The notes beneath the pieces are model-generated. The model saw nothing but the letters and a program-made list of their open reading frames with translations. It was not told the DNA's origin and made no database searches. Made by a program: the position numbers and the translations under genes. This document shows positions 41,925-52,237 of a stretch of DNA of 64,000 nt, piece by piece. This DNA is from an uncultured bacterium (GTDB taxonomy: Bacteria; Acidobacteriota; HRBIN11; JAKEFK01), in assembly GCA_963777505.1 (NCBI GenBank), contig CAVZQN010000008.1, forward strand, positions 503,493 through 567,492, in the 5' to 3' direction. How positions within the stretch are numbered: position 1 is the first letter of the stretch; each line of letters starts with the position of its first letter.

Positions 41925-42737
41925 TCAGTGCCCTTCGGAATCGCGTTCCGGGCCTTGCAGGGTGACGCCGCCGTCGACCACCAGCACCTGGCCGGTGATG
42001 TAGCGGGCGTGACTGGACAGCAGAAACCGCACCGCGTGGCCGATGTCCCAGCCGGTGCCTTCGGTCTTCAGCACCGACGCCTTTGCGCGCTGGTTGCGCG
42101 CTTTTTCGCTCATGCCGCGGGCATAGACCATCGGCGTGTAGACCGGCCCCGGGCAGATGCAGTTGACGCGGATGTTGTCCTTGCCGTGATCGACCGCCAT
42201 CGCCTGCGTCAGACCGATCACCGCCGCCTTCGACGTGGTGTAGGTGGTGAGCCCGCGCGGGCGCAGTGCCGAGATCGAGGAGATGTTGACGATCGCGCCA
42301 CCCTTGGCGGTCGCGATCATCGCCGGGATGGCGTACTTCGACAAAAGGAACATCGTCTCGACGTTCACCTGCATCACCCGCCGGAAATCGTCCGGTTTCT
42401 CGGCGACGACGCTGCCGCGGCTGCCGATGCCGATATTGTTGTCGAGGAAATCCAGCCGGCCGAAGCGTGCGACGGTCTTTTCCACCAGCTGCTTGCAATC
42501 GGCTTCCTGGGTGGCGTCGAAGCTTTCCGCTGCCGCCGTGCCGCCTTCGGCCGTGATCATCTCGACGGTGCGCTCGGCAAGCTTGATGTCGCGGTCGGCC
42601 ACCAGCACCTTGGTGCCGGCGCGAGCCAGGAGGATCGCCGCCGCACGACCGTTGCCGATGCCGTCGCCCGCCGCCCCGCCGCCGCTCAGGAGCGCGACCT
42701 TGCCGTCGAGTCCGGCGTCGTCTTCGGGACCCGTCAT
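41925..42737 (-). CDS. short-chain dehydrogenase/reductase (SDR), intact 270 aa
   Basis: GKVALLSGGGAAGDGIGNGRAAAILLARAGTKVLVAD, NNIGIG, NISSISALRPRGLTTYTTSKAAV. Confidence 0.9.
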   Translation of the reverse strand: MTGPEDDAGLDGKVALLSGGGAAGDGIGNGRAAAILLARAGTKVLVADRDIKLAERTVEMITAEGGTAAAESFDATQEADCKQLVEKTVARFGRLDFLDNNIGIGSRGSVVAEKPDDFRRVMQVNVETMFLLSKYAIPAMIATAKGGAIVNISSISALRPRGLTTYTTSKAAVIGLTQAMAVDHGKDNIRVNCICPGPVYTPMVYARGMSEKARNQRAKASVLKTEGTGWDIGHAVRFLLSSHARYITGQVLVVDGGVTLQGPERDSEGH

Positions 42738-42893
42738 CGTGTTCCTCCCAATGCTGGCCGGCTGCTTATGGCCACTTTGCGCGCATTAGGCGCGATTTCG
42801 CGCGCGGGGGCAATACGATTGCGCTGCAGATCCCATTGCTGAAATCAAATGACGCAAAAATGTCAGACGCTGCGCGAACACCTGCAGTGCCGC

Positions 42894-43431
42894 ATGCCTG
42901 ACTACAAGACCCGTTCATCCGCTCCGCGCAGCGTGACGACATCCCCGCGTTGTCGTCACTGATCGTCGCTGCCCTTTCAGAGTACCTGCACAAGGCACCG
43001 GTTCATATCGTGAAGCCGCACATCGAAAGTTCGCGCGACATCGAAAACCAGTGGAGCAAGGGGCATGTGCTGGTTCTGGAACTCGCAGGTGAACCGGTCG
43101 GCGCAGCCGTCTACTACCGTGCCGAGCAACCCCACATGGGCCGTCGGACTGGGCCGGAATGGGTACGCTGGTCGTGTCTCCGGCGGCGCGCGGACGCGGC
43201 CTTTGCCGTACACTGGTGCGGCATTTCATCGAGCGCGCGAAGGCGGACGGTGCCCCGGCGCTCGGCCTGCGCACCAGGGCTACATGCAAAGCGCGATCCG
43301 CATCTACCAGACCGCGGGGGTTCGTTCGCTGTCCCGAGTACGATCTGTCGGGGTCGGGGGTTCTCGGCGTCGATGCCGCGCTGGGCGATGTCGCTCTCCT
43401 GGCCTACCGCCACGATCTTGCGGCTGGCTGA
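42894..43431 (+). pseudogene. GNAT-family N-acetyltransferase, about 3 frame breaks, start approximate
   Basis: IRSAQRDDIPALSSLIVAALSEYL...HVLVLELAGEPVGAAVYY (42950..43606 frame) and GTLVVSPAARGRGLCRTLVRHFIERAKADG (43159..43431). Confidence 0.65.
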
Positions 43432-43440
43432 CCATAGGCT

Positions 43441-44050
43441 TCAGGGTTCGGTCGACCGAAACGGAGCCTCATCGGCAAGTTGCTTTGCGTGCGCTGCCAG
43501 GAGCGGAAACCGCGAGGCGGTGTCGATACCGAGGCCGACGCGTGCGAGCCGTTCCGCGACGAAGGCGGTGACGTCGGCCTGCGTGAGCCGTCCAAGCAAC
43601 AGATAGGGTTCGGCCGGCGCCGCGAGCCGGTCGATTGCGGCCAGCGCTTCGGACGCCTGATGAAAGCAGTCGTCCCGCCAGGGCTGATGCACCTTCTCCA
43701 CCGGGCGGTGATTGCGCTCGTAGGCGGCAGCGAGCAGCTTGTCACAGGCGCCCATCATCAGCGCCGCCACGCGCAGCACGGCGCGCCGGTCTGCGCCGGC
43801 GGGCGGGGTCAGCGCGCGGTCGCGGCCGTGGACCTCGTCGAGGTGATCGATGATCGCGCCGCTGTCGACCAGCGCCTCGCCGTCGTCGAGCACGAGCGTC
43901 GGGATGCGGCCGAGCGGATTGTGGGCGCGAACGTCGCTGCGGTTGTCGAAGCCTGAGAGGGAGTGCTGCTCATAGGCGCAGGCCGTAGGCCTGCAAGGTG
44001 ATCGCAACGCGTCGTGTGTAGGGCGACCTGTTCACACCGATGAGCAGCAT
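43441..44050 (-). pseudogene. glutathione S-transferase, 1 frame break
   Basis: MLLIGVNRSPYTRRVAITLQAYGL (tail of 43970..44383), then NPLGRIPTLVLDDGEALVDSGAIIDHL (43441..44007). AGGAGG SD. Confidence 0.8.
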
Positions 44051-44203
44051 CTGGCCTCCTTCGGTCCTGAAAGATCGGCCGCACGCGAAGCGATTCCGAT
44101 GCTGCTTTCTAGGGAATTGGCTGCCGGACCTGCAAACGAGGATTTCTGGGGCTGGAAAACTTTGTGAAGGAAATCGTCTCCGAACCCGTTCCGATTTGAC
44201 TCC

Positions 44204-44221
44204 ATACCAACTAGTCGGTAT
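44204..44221. promoter_or_regulatory. candidate TetR operator ATACCAAC-TA-GTCGGTAT
   Basis: 7-of-8 inverted repeat, 22 nt upstream of the TetR ATG (44243), in the GST/TetR divergent spacer. Confidence 0.4.
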
Positions 44222-44242
44222 GTTAATTGAAAGGAGGCTCCG

Positions 44243-44859
44243 ATGCCCGAAACGCCCCATCAATCGAAGTCGAGGTTGCTCGACGCGACGCTGACGGTGG
44301 TGCGGCGAAAGGGTTATTCCGCAACCCGCGTCGAGGACGTCTGCGCCGAGGCCGGCGTGACTAAGGGCAGCTTCTTCCATCACTTCGACAGCAAGGATGA
44401 ACTGGCGCTGGCCGCCGCCGAGCGCTGGCGCGAATTCGCCAACACGCTATTCGCGGAAGCCGACTACAACCGCATTGACGATCCGCTGGACCGCCTGCTC
44501 GGTTACATCGATCACCGCAGGTCGATGTTCGATGGCGACGTCGCCAAATACACCTGCTTCGCCGGCACGGTGATCCAGGAGGCGTACGCGACGCATCCGC
44601 CGCTTCGCGACGCCTGTGCGCGGGCAATCGCCGACAACGCGGATTATCTTGCGCCGATGATCAGCGCCGCCATGCGCAAGTATCGCGTCAAGGGCAGCCT
44701 GGAGCGCCAAGGGGTTGGCGCTGCACACGCAAGGCGGTTCTGCAGGGTGCCTTTATTCTTGCGAAGGCGGGGCAGGTGAAGTTTGCGACCGAGAGCGTCG
44801 ACCACCTTCGACGCTACATCGAATTGCTGTTCCGTGCAGAGAGGAGCCCACGCGCATGA
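44243..44859 (+). pseudogene. TetR/AcrR-family transcriptional regulator, 1 frame break near the C-terminus
   Basis: SKSRLLDATLTVVRRKGYSATRVEDVCAEAGVTKGSFFHHFDSKDEL (44243..44779). The tail LALHTQAVLQGAFILAKA...IELLFRAE is in another frame, ending at the TGA of the ATGA overlap (44856-44859). Confidence 0.8.
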
Positions 44860-46076
44860 ATTTGTCCTATCGCTGGCTGCTGGTGGCTATCGGCGCGCTG
44901 ATGACCTGTGTCGCGGTCGGCGCGATGTTCTCGCTCGCCGTGTTTCTGGAACCGATCGCGACGCAAACCGGCTGGTCGCGCACCGGCATCTCCAGCGCAA
45001 TGACGCTGGATTTTCTGGCGATGGGCGTTGCGTCGTTCGGGTGGGGATGGGCCAGCGATCGCTTCGGCCCGCGTCCTGTGGTGCTCGCAGGTTCCGCGCT
45101 GCTCGGCCTTGGCCTCGTGCTTGCGAGCCGCGCGTCCTCGCTCACGGAATTCCAGCTGACCTACGGCATCCTCGTCGGAATCGCGTCGGGCGCCTTCTTC
45201 GCGCCGCTGATCTCGACCACCACCATGTGGTTCGACACCCATCGCAGTCTGGCGGTGTCGCTGGTCTCGGCCGGTGTCGGCGTTGCGCCGATGACGGTCT
45301 CTCCGTTCGCGCGCTGGCTGATCTCGAACTACGACTGGCAGTTCGCAATGATGGCGATCGGCATCGCCGCCTGGGTGCTGCTGATCCCGGCGGGCATGCT
45401 TGTGCGCAAACCCTCGGCCGTTACACCCGCTGCCGCGCCCGGTGCGGCGGCGGTCACGCCGGCGGGCGAGGGCGGCATGCCGCTCGCCGCGGCCTTCCGC
45501 TCACCGCAGTTCATCGTGCTGACGCTGACCTTTGCGCTGTGCTGTTCGGCGCATTCGGGCCCGATCTTCCACATGGTGAGTTACGCGATGATCTGCGGCA
45601 TTCCGGCCATGGCCGCTGTCAGCATCTACAGCGTCGAGGGACTGGCGGGCCTGGGTGGACGTCTGCTGCTCGGCATTCTCGCCGACCGCTTCGGTGTCAA
45701 GCGCGTGCTGATCGGCGGACTTCTCGTGCAGGCGCTGGCGATCGGCAGCTACCTTTTCATCAATCGTCTCGGCGAGTTCTACGCGATCGCGATCGTGTTC
45801 GGCACGGCCTATGGCGGCGTGATGCCGCTCTATGCGGTGCTTGCGCGCGAGTATTTCGGCCAGGCGATCATGGGCACGATCCTCGGCGCGGCGACGATGG
45901 TGTCGTGCATGGGCATGGCGTTCGGGCCCTGGGCCGGCGGCTGGGTGTTCGACAATCTCGGCAGCTACGCCTGGCTCTATATCGGTTCGTTCGCCGTCGC
46001 CTTCGGCGCCGTGCTGATCGCGCTGGCCTTCCCGCCGCAGCCGTCGCGGATGGCGGCACAGTTGCAGGCCGTCTGA
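44856..46076 (+). CDS. MFS transporter (oxalate/formate antiporter-like), intact
   Basis: MNLSYRWLLVAIGALMTCVAVGAMFS... about 12 hydrophobic helices. Internal ATG of ORF 44715..46076. Translationally coupled to TetR. Confidence 0.85.
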   Translation: MNLSYRWLLVAIGALMTCVAVGAMFSLAVFLEPIATQTGWSRTGISSAMTLDFLAMGVASFGWGWASDRFGPRPVVLAGSALLGLGLVLASRASSLTEFQLTYGILVGIASGAFFAPLISTTTMWFDTHRSLAVSLVSAGVGVAPMTVSPFARWLISNYDWQFAMMAIGIAAWVLLIPAGMLVRKPSAVTPAAAPGAAAVTPAGEGGMPLAAAFRSPQFIVLTLTFALCCSAHSGPIFHMVSYAMICGIPAMAAVSIYSVEGLAGLGGRLLLGILADRFGVKRVLIGGLLVQALAIGSYLFINRLGEFYAIAIVFGTAYGGVMPLYAVLAREYFGQAIMGTILGAATMVSCMGMAFGPWAGGWVFDNLGSYAWLYIGSFAVAFGAVLIALAFPPQPSRMAAQLQAV

Positions 46077-46083
46077 CTTGCAT

Positions 46084-46115
46084 GCTGCGCCCTGCGTTTA
46101 TGCGCAAGGCGCAGC
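46084..46115. terminator. 8-bp hairpin GCTGCGCC...GGCGCAGC between convergent genes (weak terminator candidate)
   Basis: Seen directly between the MFS stop (46076) and the rhodanese stop (46132). No T-tract. Confidence 0.3.
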
Positions 46116-46131
46116 TGCGTGTCGAATGAGC

Positions 46132-46511
46132 CTAGCTTTTTTCGACGGCTCCACCGGCATCGAGCCAGCCCTTGAAGCCTCCGAGGTTGCGCACGTTGGT
46201 GAAGCCCATGTCCTTCAGCGTCTTGCCGACGAGGGCAGAACGGCCGCCGGAGGCACAGTACGCAACGACCGTCTTTGAACGGTCGAAGGCCTTGTCGTGC
46301 GCGGCGGATGCGGGGTCGGCGCGAAATTCGACCAGCCCTCGCGGGATGGCCACTGCGCCCGGCACCTTGCCTGAACTGGCGACTTCGGCCGGTTCGCGCA
46401 CGTCGAGGAACAGAACGTCAGGTGCGACCGACCAGCGCCTTCGCCTCTTCCGGACGTGATGCGTGGCACGGCGGCGTCGGCTTCGGCGAGCATGGATTGA
46501 ACTGTTTTCAT
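46132..46511 (-). pseudogene. single-domain rhodanese-like sulfurtransferase, 1-2 frame breaks
   Basis: MKTVQSMLAEADAAVPRIT (46215..46625 frame), then REPAEVASSGKVPGAVAIPRG...VVAYCASGGRSALVGKTLKDMGF (46132..46401). Confidence 0.75.
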
Positions 46512-46631
46512 TGAAATGTCCTCCCGGTGGCTTGTTCTGGCTTCGTTCGCGACCAATATGGCACGATTGCGGCGAGGTTCAGCCCGCGCAGAAGTGAGTC
46601 GCTGCATGAAGGCCGACCGAGGCACTTCAGG

Positions 46632-47384
46632 TCACATCCACTGGCCGCCGTCCACCGTCAGCGTCTGCCCGGTGATCCAGGACGGCCTGGTCGCTGCAGA
46701 GAAACAGCGCGGCATTGGCGATCTCCTCCGGCTTGCCCATGCGGCCCCAGGGAATCGACTTCAGCGTGGCGTTGTAGAGCGTCGGATTGTCTGTCTTGCG
46801 CTGGTCCCACACGCCGCCGGGAAACTCGATCGAGCCGGGCGCGATCGCGTTGACGCGAATGTTCTTCGGCACCAGCATCAGCGCCTGCGACATCGTGTAG
46901 TTGATGATCGCGGCCTTCACCGCGGCATAGGGCGCCGAGCGCGCGCTGGCGCCGTGGCCGGAGATCGAGGAAATGTTGAGGATCGCACCGCGCGTCGCTC
47001 TTCTCGATGTGCGGGATCGCGGCGTGCGAGGCGCGCACGGTCGCCATCACGTCGATGTCGATGCTCTTCGCCCAGCCGGCTTCGTCGTCGCCCTGGCCGA
47101 AGCCCGACGCGTTGTTCACCAGGATGTCGATGCCGCCGAGCGCGGCTGCGGCGCGCGGCGACGTAGCGGTCGATCGCCGCCTTGTCGGCGAGGTCGCATT
47201 CGCCCGCATGCGCCTTGACGCCGTGCTTGCCGATCTCCGCCGCGGTTGCGTCGAGCGCGTCCTTGCCGCGCGCGCAGATCGAGACGTCGGCGCCGCAGGC
47301 CGCGAAGCCGAGCGCGATCGAGCGGCCGATGCCCTTGCTGCCGCCGGTGACGACGACCTTCTTGCCCTTGAAACTGATCTGCAT
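46632..47384 (-). pseudogene. short-chain dehydrogenase/reductase (SDR), about 3 frame breaks
   Basis: MQISFKGKKVVVTGGSKGIGRSIALGFAACGADVSICAR (46917..47384), GGIDILVNNASG (46658..47440), KAAIINYTMSQALMLVPKNIRVNAIAPG (46627..46920). The C-terminus WITGQTLTVDGGQWM is restored by removing one base near 46689. Confidence 0.8.
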
Positions 47385-47508
47385 GGTGTTCCCTTCCTTC
47401 TGTCCGGCAGCGTTCTAGCAGGGGAGGCGGCCGCGGGCAAAGTTGAGTGCAGTCAGGCAAAGCCTGCGGGTTGACGATCCCGTGCCGATCGAAGGGCAAG
47501 GTCACGCC

Positions 47509-47667
47509 ATGCGCGTCAAGGCAAACAATCTTCAGCGGGCATTGATGCTGGCGTTCATGATTGGCGTCGGCCTGTGGAGCACGTGGCCGAACCGGCAATT
47601 GATGGCGGTGGTCGCTCTGATCGCAATCGTCGGCGGATTCTATCTCTTCAGGCCACGAAGCCAGTGA
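47509..47667 (+). CDS. small hypothetical membrane protein (52 aa, 2 predicted helices)
   Basis: MRVKANNLQRALMLAFMIGVGLWSTWPNRQLMAVVALIAIVGGFYLFRPRSQ. Weak SD. No family recognised. Confidence 0.3.
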   Translation: MRVKANNLQRALMLAFMIGVGLWSTWPNRQLMAVVALIAIVGGFYLFRPRSQ

Positions 47668-47681
47668 GCTAGCGGCTGGCA

Positions 47682-47798
47682 CTAGCGGCAGGACTTCTGG
47701 CGGGGATAATCGTCCCAGATCCAGCCGCACTTGGTGCAGCCGTTCAGCAGCAGACCGAGCGCCAGGATCGAAGCTACCAGTGCCAGACGTTTACGCAT
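47682..47798 (-). CDS. 38-aa Cys-rich putative lipoprotein (below the ORF-track size cut-off)
   Basis: Hand translation MRKRLALVASILALGLLLNGCTKCGWIWDDYPRQKSCR. It has a positively charged n-region, a hydrophobic core and a lipobox-like LNGC. GGGGAA lies upstream of the ATG at 47798. Confidence 0.45.
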   Translation of the reverse strand: MRKRLALVASILALGLLLNGCTKCGWIWDDYPRQKSCR

Positions 47799-47894
47799 AC
47801 ATGTTCCCCGACGCCCGATCCAAGCATAGGCCACTTAACAAAGGCCCTACAATGGCAAAAGCCGGCAGGTGAGGCGGCCGGACGACGAACTGCG

Positions 47895-49106
47895 CTAGCC
47901 CCGGCCGCTGTCGGGGCCGTGCCACCGTTGCACGGCAATCAGCGCAACCGTCCCCGCGCTGACCGCCATCGCAGCTCCGATCGCAAGCCCGGCATGCGCG
48001 CCGCCGCTTGCGACGATGAAGCCCATCACCACCGAACCGAGCGGACCGATCGCGTTGACGACGTAGCTGAACAGTCCGCCGACGCGGCCGTGCTCGGTGC
48101 TGTCGGTGCGGGTCAGGATGATGGCGTTGGTGCCGACGATCAGTCCGACGGCGCAACCGCCGGCGACCGCCATCAGCACCGCGACGGTGACGAGCTGTGT
48201 CTGAAAGTAGAGCGCAGCCTGCACGATGCCGACGCCGATCGCGCAGCCGAGCGTGCTGTTCACGGTCATTCCGCGCGAGGAGATGATCAGCGAGGCGATC
48301 ACCGCGCCGACGCCCATGCATGACATCAGCGTGCCGAAGGTCGTGGCGCCGCCGCCAAGCGCTGTTTCGGCAAAGACCGGCAGGATCACGTTGAAGCTGA
48401 GCGGCAGCGTCGTCACGCAAAGAAGCACGATCAACAGTGTTGCGATCTGCCGGTGGCGCGCGACGATGCGAAGCCCCTCGCGCAGGTCTGCAATCGGGTC
48501 GAACTTTCTGGCGTCGCGTCGCGGCAGCGTCATGGTGAGAAAGTAGAGGCCGACGAGATTGATCGTCGATGTCATCACGTTCGGAATGAAGCAGTAGCGG
48601 ATACCCACCGTGCCGATGATGACGCCGGCGACCGACGGCGCGACGATGCGGCCGAGGCCGGAGAGGCTGGCGTTGAAGCCGAGCATCTTCGTCAGGTCTT
48701 CGGTCGCAACGATCGCCGGAATCAGGCTCTGGCGTGCCGGCTGCTCGACGCACATCAAGAGGCTGCGCCAGACGCACGAAGCGAAGATCGCGAACACGGT
48801 GAGATTTTCGGTCAGCGCCAGCGTGCAGAGCATCAGCGAATTGCTGGCGTAGCCGATCTGCGTCAGCAGCAGAATCCTTCGCTTGCCGTAGGTGTCGGCG
48901 ACACCGACGCTGAACAGACCGAGGATCGCGTAGGGCCCCCATTGAAACAGGGCGATCAAACCGACCTGCGCGGCGGAGTTGGTCAGCGCGTAGACGACCC
49001 AGGTCAGCACCGTCGCCTGAAACCAGAATCCGAACGCGCCGACCGCGCTGACGCCGATCAACAACCGGTAGGTCTTGTTGGCGAGCAGCGACAGCGCGGC
49101 TTGCAT
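47895..49106 (-). CDS. MFS transporter (MFS_3/EntS-like), intact 403 aa
   Basis: Uninterrupted ORF with about 12 hydrophobic helices: MQAALSLLANKTYRLLIGVSAVGAFGFWFQ... Confidence 0.85.
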   Translation of the reverse strand: MQAALSLLANKTYRLLIGVSAVGAFGFWFQATVLTWVVYALTNSAAQVGLIALFQWGPYAILGLFSVGVADTYGKRRILLLTQIGYASNSLMLCTLALTENLTVFAIFASCVWRSLLMCVEQPARQSLIPAIVATEDLTKMLGFNASLSGLGRIVAPSVAGVIIGTVGIRYCFIPNVMTSTINLVGLYFLTMTLPRRDARKFDPIADLREGLRIVARHRQIATLLIVLLCVTTLPLSFNVILPVFAETALGGGATTFGTLMSCMGVGAVIASLIISSRGMTVNSTLGCAIGVGIVQAALYFQTQLVTVAVLMAVAGGCAVGLIVGTNAIILTRTDSTEHGRVGGLFSYVVNAIGPLGSVVMGFIVASGGAHAGLAIGAAMAVSAGTVALIAVQRWHGPDSGRG

Positions 49107-49257
49107 TGCGATTGATTACCACGGGCCGATTTTCGAGTCTCACCAGCCGGATTCGGCGATCCGGCCATGACGCTGGAGGGGTTTGCAGCTTCCGGATGGT
49201 TGGCTACGCTTGCGGTCGAGAAGAGGTCAAACCTCCCGTACCGTAGCGAGGAACGCC

Positions 49258-50083
49258 ATGAAAATCATCGACGCGCAGGTGCACATCTGGGGAAAGACGG
49301 TGACGCCGCCGTCCGGCCTGCACCGCAAGGTCTCGCACTTCACCGCCGAGGAGTGCCTGAAGGAGATGGACGAGGCGGGCGTCGATGCCGCGCTGATCCA
49401 TCCGCCGGCCGGCTGGGATCCGGACTCGAATGCGCTGGCGATCGAGGCCGCGAAGAAGTATCCGACCCGCTACGCGATCATGGGCCAGTTTCCGCTGCAG
49501 AACCCGGACAACCGCAAGCTGATCCATGGCTGGCGCAACCAGCCGGGCATGATGGGCCTGCGCTGGGCGTTTCTGATCGGAGGAGCAGCAGAAATGGCTG
49601 TATGACGGCTCGGTCGACTGGCTGTGGCCGGCGGTCGAGAAGGAAGGGTTGCCGATCGCGATGATGGGCGGGCTGTTCCTGAAGAAGTTTCGCGAGATCG
49701 CCGAGCGCCATCCGGACATGAAGATGATCGTCGATCACTGCGGGCTGAACCGGCACGGCCAGGACGCCGAGGCCTTCATCCATCTCGACGAACTGGTGGC
49801 GCTGGCGAAACTGCCGAACGTCGCGTTGAAGGCGACCGGCGCGCCGCACTATTCCACGCAAGGCTATCCGTACCGCAACATCCAGGACGGCCTGCACCGC
49901 ATCTTCGATGCGTTCGGCCCGAAGCGCTTCTTCTGGGGCACCGACATCACCCGCATGCCGTGCTCCTGGCGCCAGTGCATCACCTTCTTCACCGAAGAGC
50001 TGCCGTGGCTGAAGGGCAAGGACCTTGAGGACGTGATGGGCCGCGGCCTGTGCGAGTGGATCGGCTGGGATTACAGATTCTAG
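49258..50083 (+). pseudogene. amidohydrolase-2 family metal-dependent hydrolase, 1 frame break
   Basis: MKIIDAQVHIWG (49183..49605) and IVDHCGL...FFWGTDITRMP (49649..50083). Confidence 0.8.
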
Positions 50084-50165
50084 CCGCTTCGCGTTGCCGA
50101 AATCGATCTGCTTCAGACGGTTGTGATGGCGTATAATGACGCTGCAGAGCCGCAGGGCGCCGATC

Positions 50166-50578
50166 ATGACAGCTGCGGACGGAGCAAAATCCGGTCATCG
50201 TCTTCGACGCGATGTGCGTGCTCTGTTCGGCCAACGCGCAGCTTGTGCTGCGGCATGACCGGCGGCACCATTTCCGCCTCACGTCGATGCAGAGCGAGGT
50301 GGGAACGGCGCTCTACCGGCGCTTCGGCATGGACCCTGCCGATCCGGACAGCCTCATCGTCGTGTCCGGTGACGACTGTGCGCGCGACAGCGACGCGATT
50401 CTGACGATCTATTCCGCGCTCGGCTGGCCGTGGCGCGCGATGGCCGTCTTCCGCCTGGTGCCGAAGTTCGTGCGCGATCCCGCTCTATCGCTGGCTCGCG
50501 CGCAACCGCTACCGGCTGTTCGGACAGCGCGAGACGTGCTGGATGCCGACGGCCGAGCAGAAGAGGTACGTCCTCTGA
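50166..50578 (+). pseudogene. thiol-disulfide oxidoreductase DCC (DUF393) family protein, about 2 frame breaks
   Basis: PVIVFDAMCVLCSANAQLVLRHDRRHHFRLTSMQSEVG (CxxC) in 50212..50790. N-terminus and C-terminus (LYRWLARNRYRLFGQRETCWMP) are in other frames. Confidence 0.7.
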
Positions 50579-52237
50579 GCCGCATTCTCGTTCTTGGCGG
50601 ATATGGCGGATTTGGCGCGCGCCTGACGCGAAGGCTGGCGGCACGCGGGCACACGGTCCTTGTTGCGGGACGAAGCCTTGCGAAGGCGCAGGCCTTCTGC
50701 GCGGAGCTCGAACGTGCAGAGCCGGTTGTTGCCGACCGGAACGGCGACATCGGTCCGCTGCTGGCGCAGCTCGACACCCGATCTGCGTGATCGATGCGGC
50801 CGGCCCGTTTCAGGGCAGCGATTATCGGCGTTCCGCGCGCATGCATCAAGGCTTCGATCCCGTATGTCGATCTCGCCGATGCGCGGGCGTTTGTCGCCGG
50901 CATCGGCGCCTTGCGGGCCGAGGCGAGCGCTGCCGGCGTAGCAATCATCGCCGGTGCGTCCAGTGTGCCGGCCTTGTCGGGGGCAGCGGCGACGGCGTCT
51001 TGCCGCCGGGCTCGATCGCGTCTGCACGATCGAGATCGCCATCAGCGCCGCAAAGCGCGCGACGCTCGGCGCATCGGTCGTCGCCGCGATTCTGAGCTAT
51101 GCCGGCAGACCGATCCGTCTCTGGCGCGGACAGACGCTGGGAGCGGGCCTTCGGCTGGCAGGAGTTGCGGCGCGACGACTTTGTCCTGGGCGACGGCACC
51201 GGACTGAACAGGCGCTGGCTCGCACTGGCTGACGTTCCCGATCTGGATCTGCTGCCGGCAAGCCTGCCGGGCCGACCGTCCGTCGTCTTTCGTGCTGGAA
51301 ACGAGTCTGCGCTGCAGGTCGTCGCGCTTGTGGCTGCTGACCTGGCCGGTGCGATGGTTCGGAATTTCGATCGGGAAACTGGCGCCGGTGTTGTCGTGGC
51401 TGCAGCGGCTGATGCAGATGGTTGAGCACGGATTGCTCCGCCATGATCGTGCGCATGCAAGGGCGAAGCGTCGGGCCGCTTCGTCGAGCGGCAGTGGACC
51501 CTCGTTGCACGGGATGGCGACGGGATCGAAATTCCGACGCTCGCGGCGGTGCTCGTGGCGGAGGACATCCTTGCCGGACGCGTCGTTTCCGGCGCCCGGT
51601 CCGCGGACAGGCTGCTGTCGCTTGCAGCGTTCGAGCCGTTGTTCTCGACCCTGTCGCTGCAGCACGAAGTTCGGGAGCGTTCGCTGCCGCCGCCGCTTTA
51701 TGCGCGTGTCATGGGGCCGCGGTTCGCCGCGCTGCCGGCGGCGGTGCGCGAGATGCACTGGCTGTGCGGGGACGGCGGCGCATCCGGGCAGGCCAATGTC
51801 ACGCGCGGCCGCAATCCGCTGGCGCGTCTCGTCGCGGTCGCTGATGCGTTTTCCGCCCGCCGGATCGCATCCGTTGCACGTTTCGTTTGTCGAGCGCGAT
51901 GGCGTCGAGCGCTGGACGCGCCATTTCGGCGACCGGAGCTTCTCCAGCCATCTGAGCGAGCAGGCGGGGCAGTTGGTCGAGCGGTTCGGCGCGCTGCGCT
52001 TCGTTTTCGATCTTCCGTCCGACGAGCACGGGCTGACGATGCACATATCGCCGCTGGAGCGTGTTCGGCCTGCCATTGCCGCTGGCGCTGGCGCCGCGCA
52101 CGTCAGCGCGAGAATGGGAGGAAGACAGCCGCTTCCACTTCGACGTGCCGATCTCGCTGCCCTTGATCGGGCTGATCGTGCACTACGCCGGGTGGCTGCA
52201 GCCGGAAGGTCGCGCGGTCACACCGAAATCCGTCTGA
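50575..52237 (+). pseudogene. saccharopine-dehydrogenase-like NAD(P)-binding domain fused to DUF4166, heavily frame-broken, start approximate
   Basis: SRILVLGGYGGFGARLTRRLAARGHTVLVAGRS (50212..50790), ASIPYVDLADARAFV...IIAGASSVPALS (50794..51207), PLYARVMGPRFAALPAAVREMH (51549..52166), HVSFVERDGVERWTRHFGDRSFSSHL (51292..52302). Confidence 0.65.
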
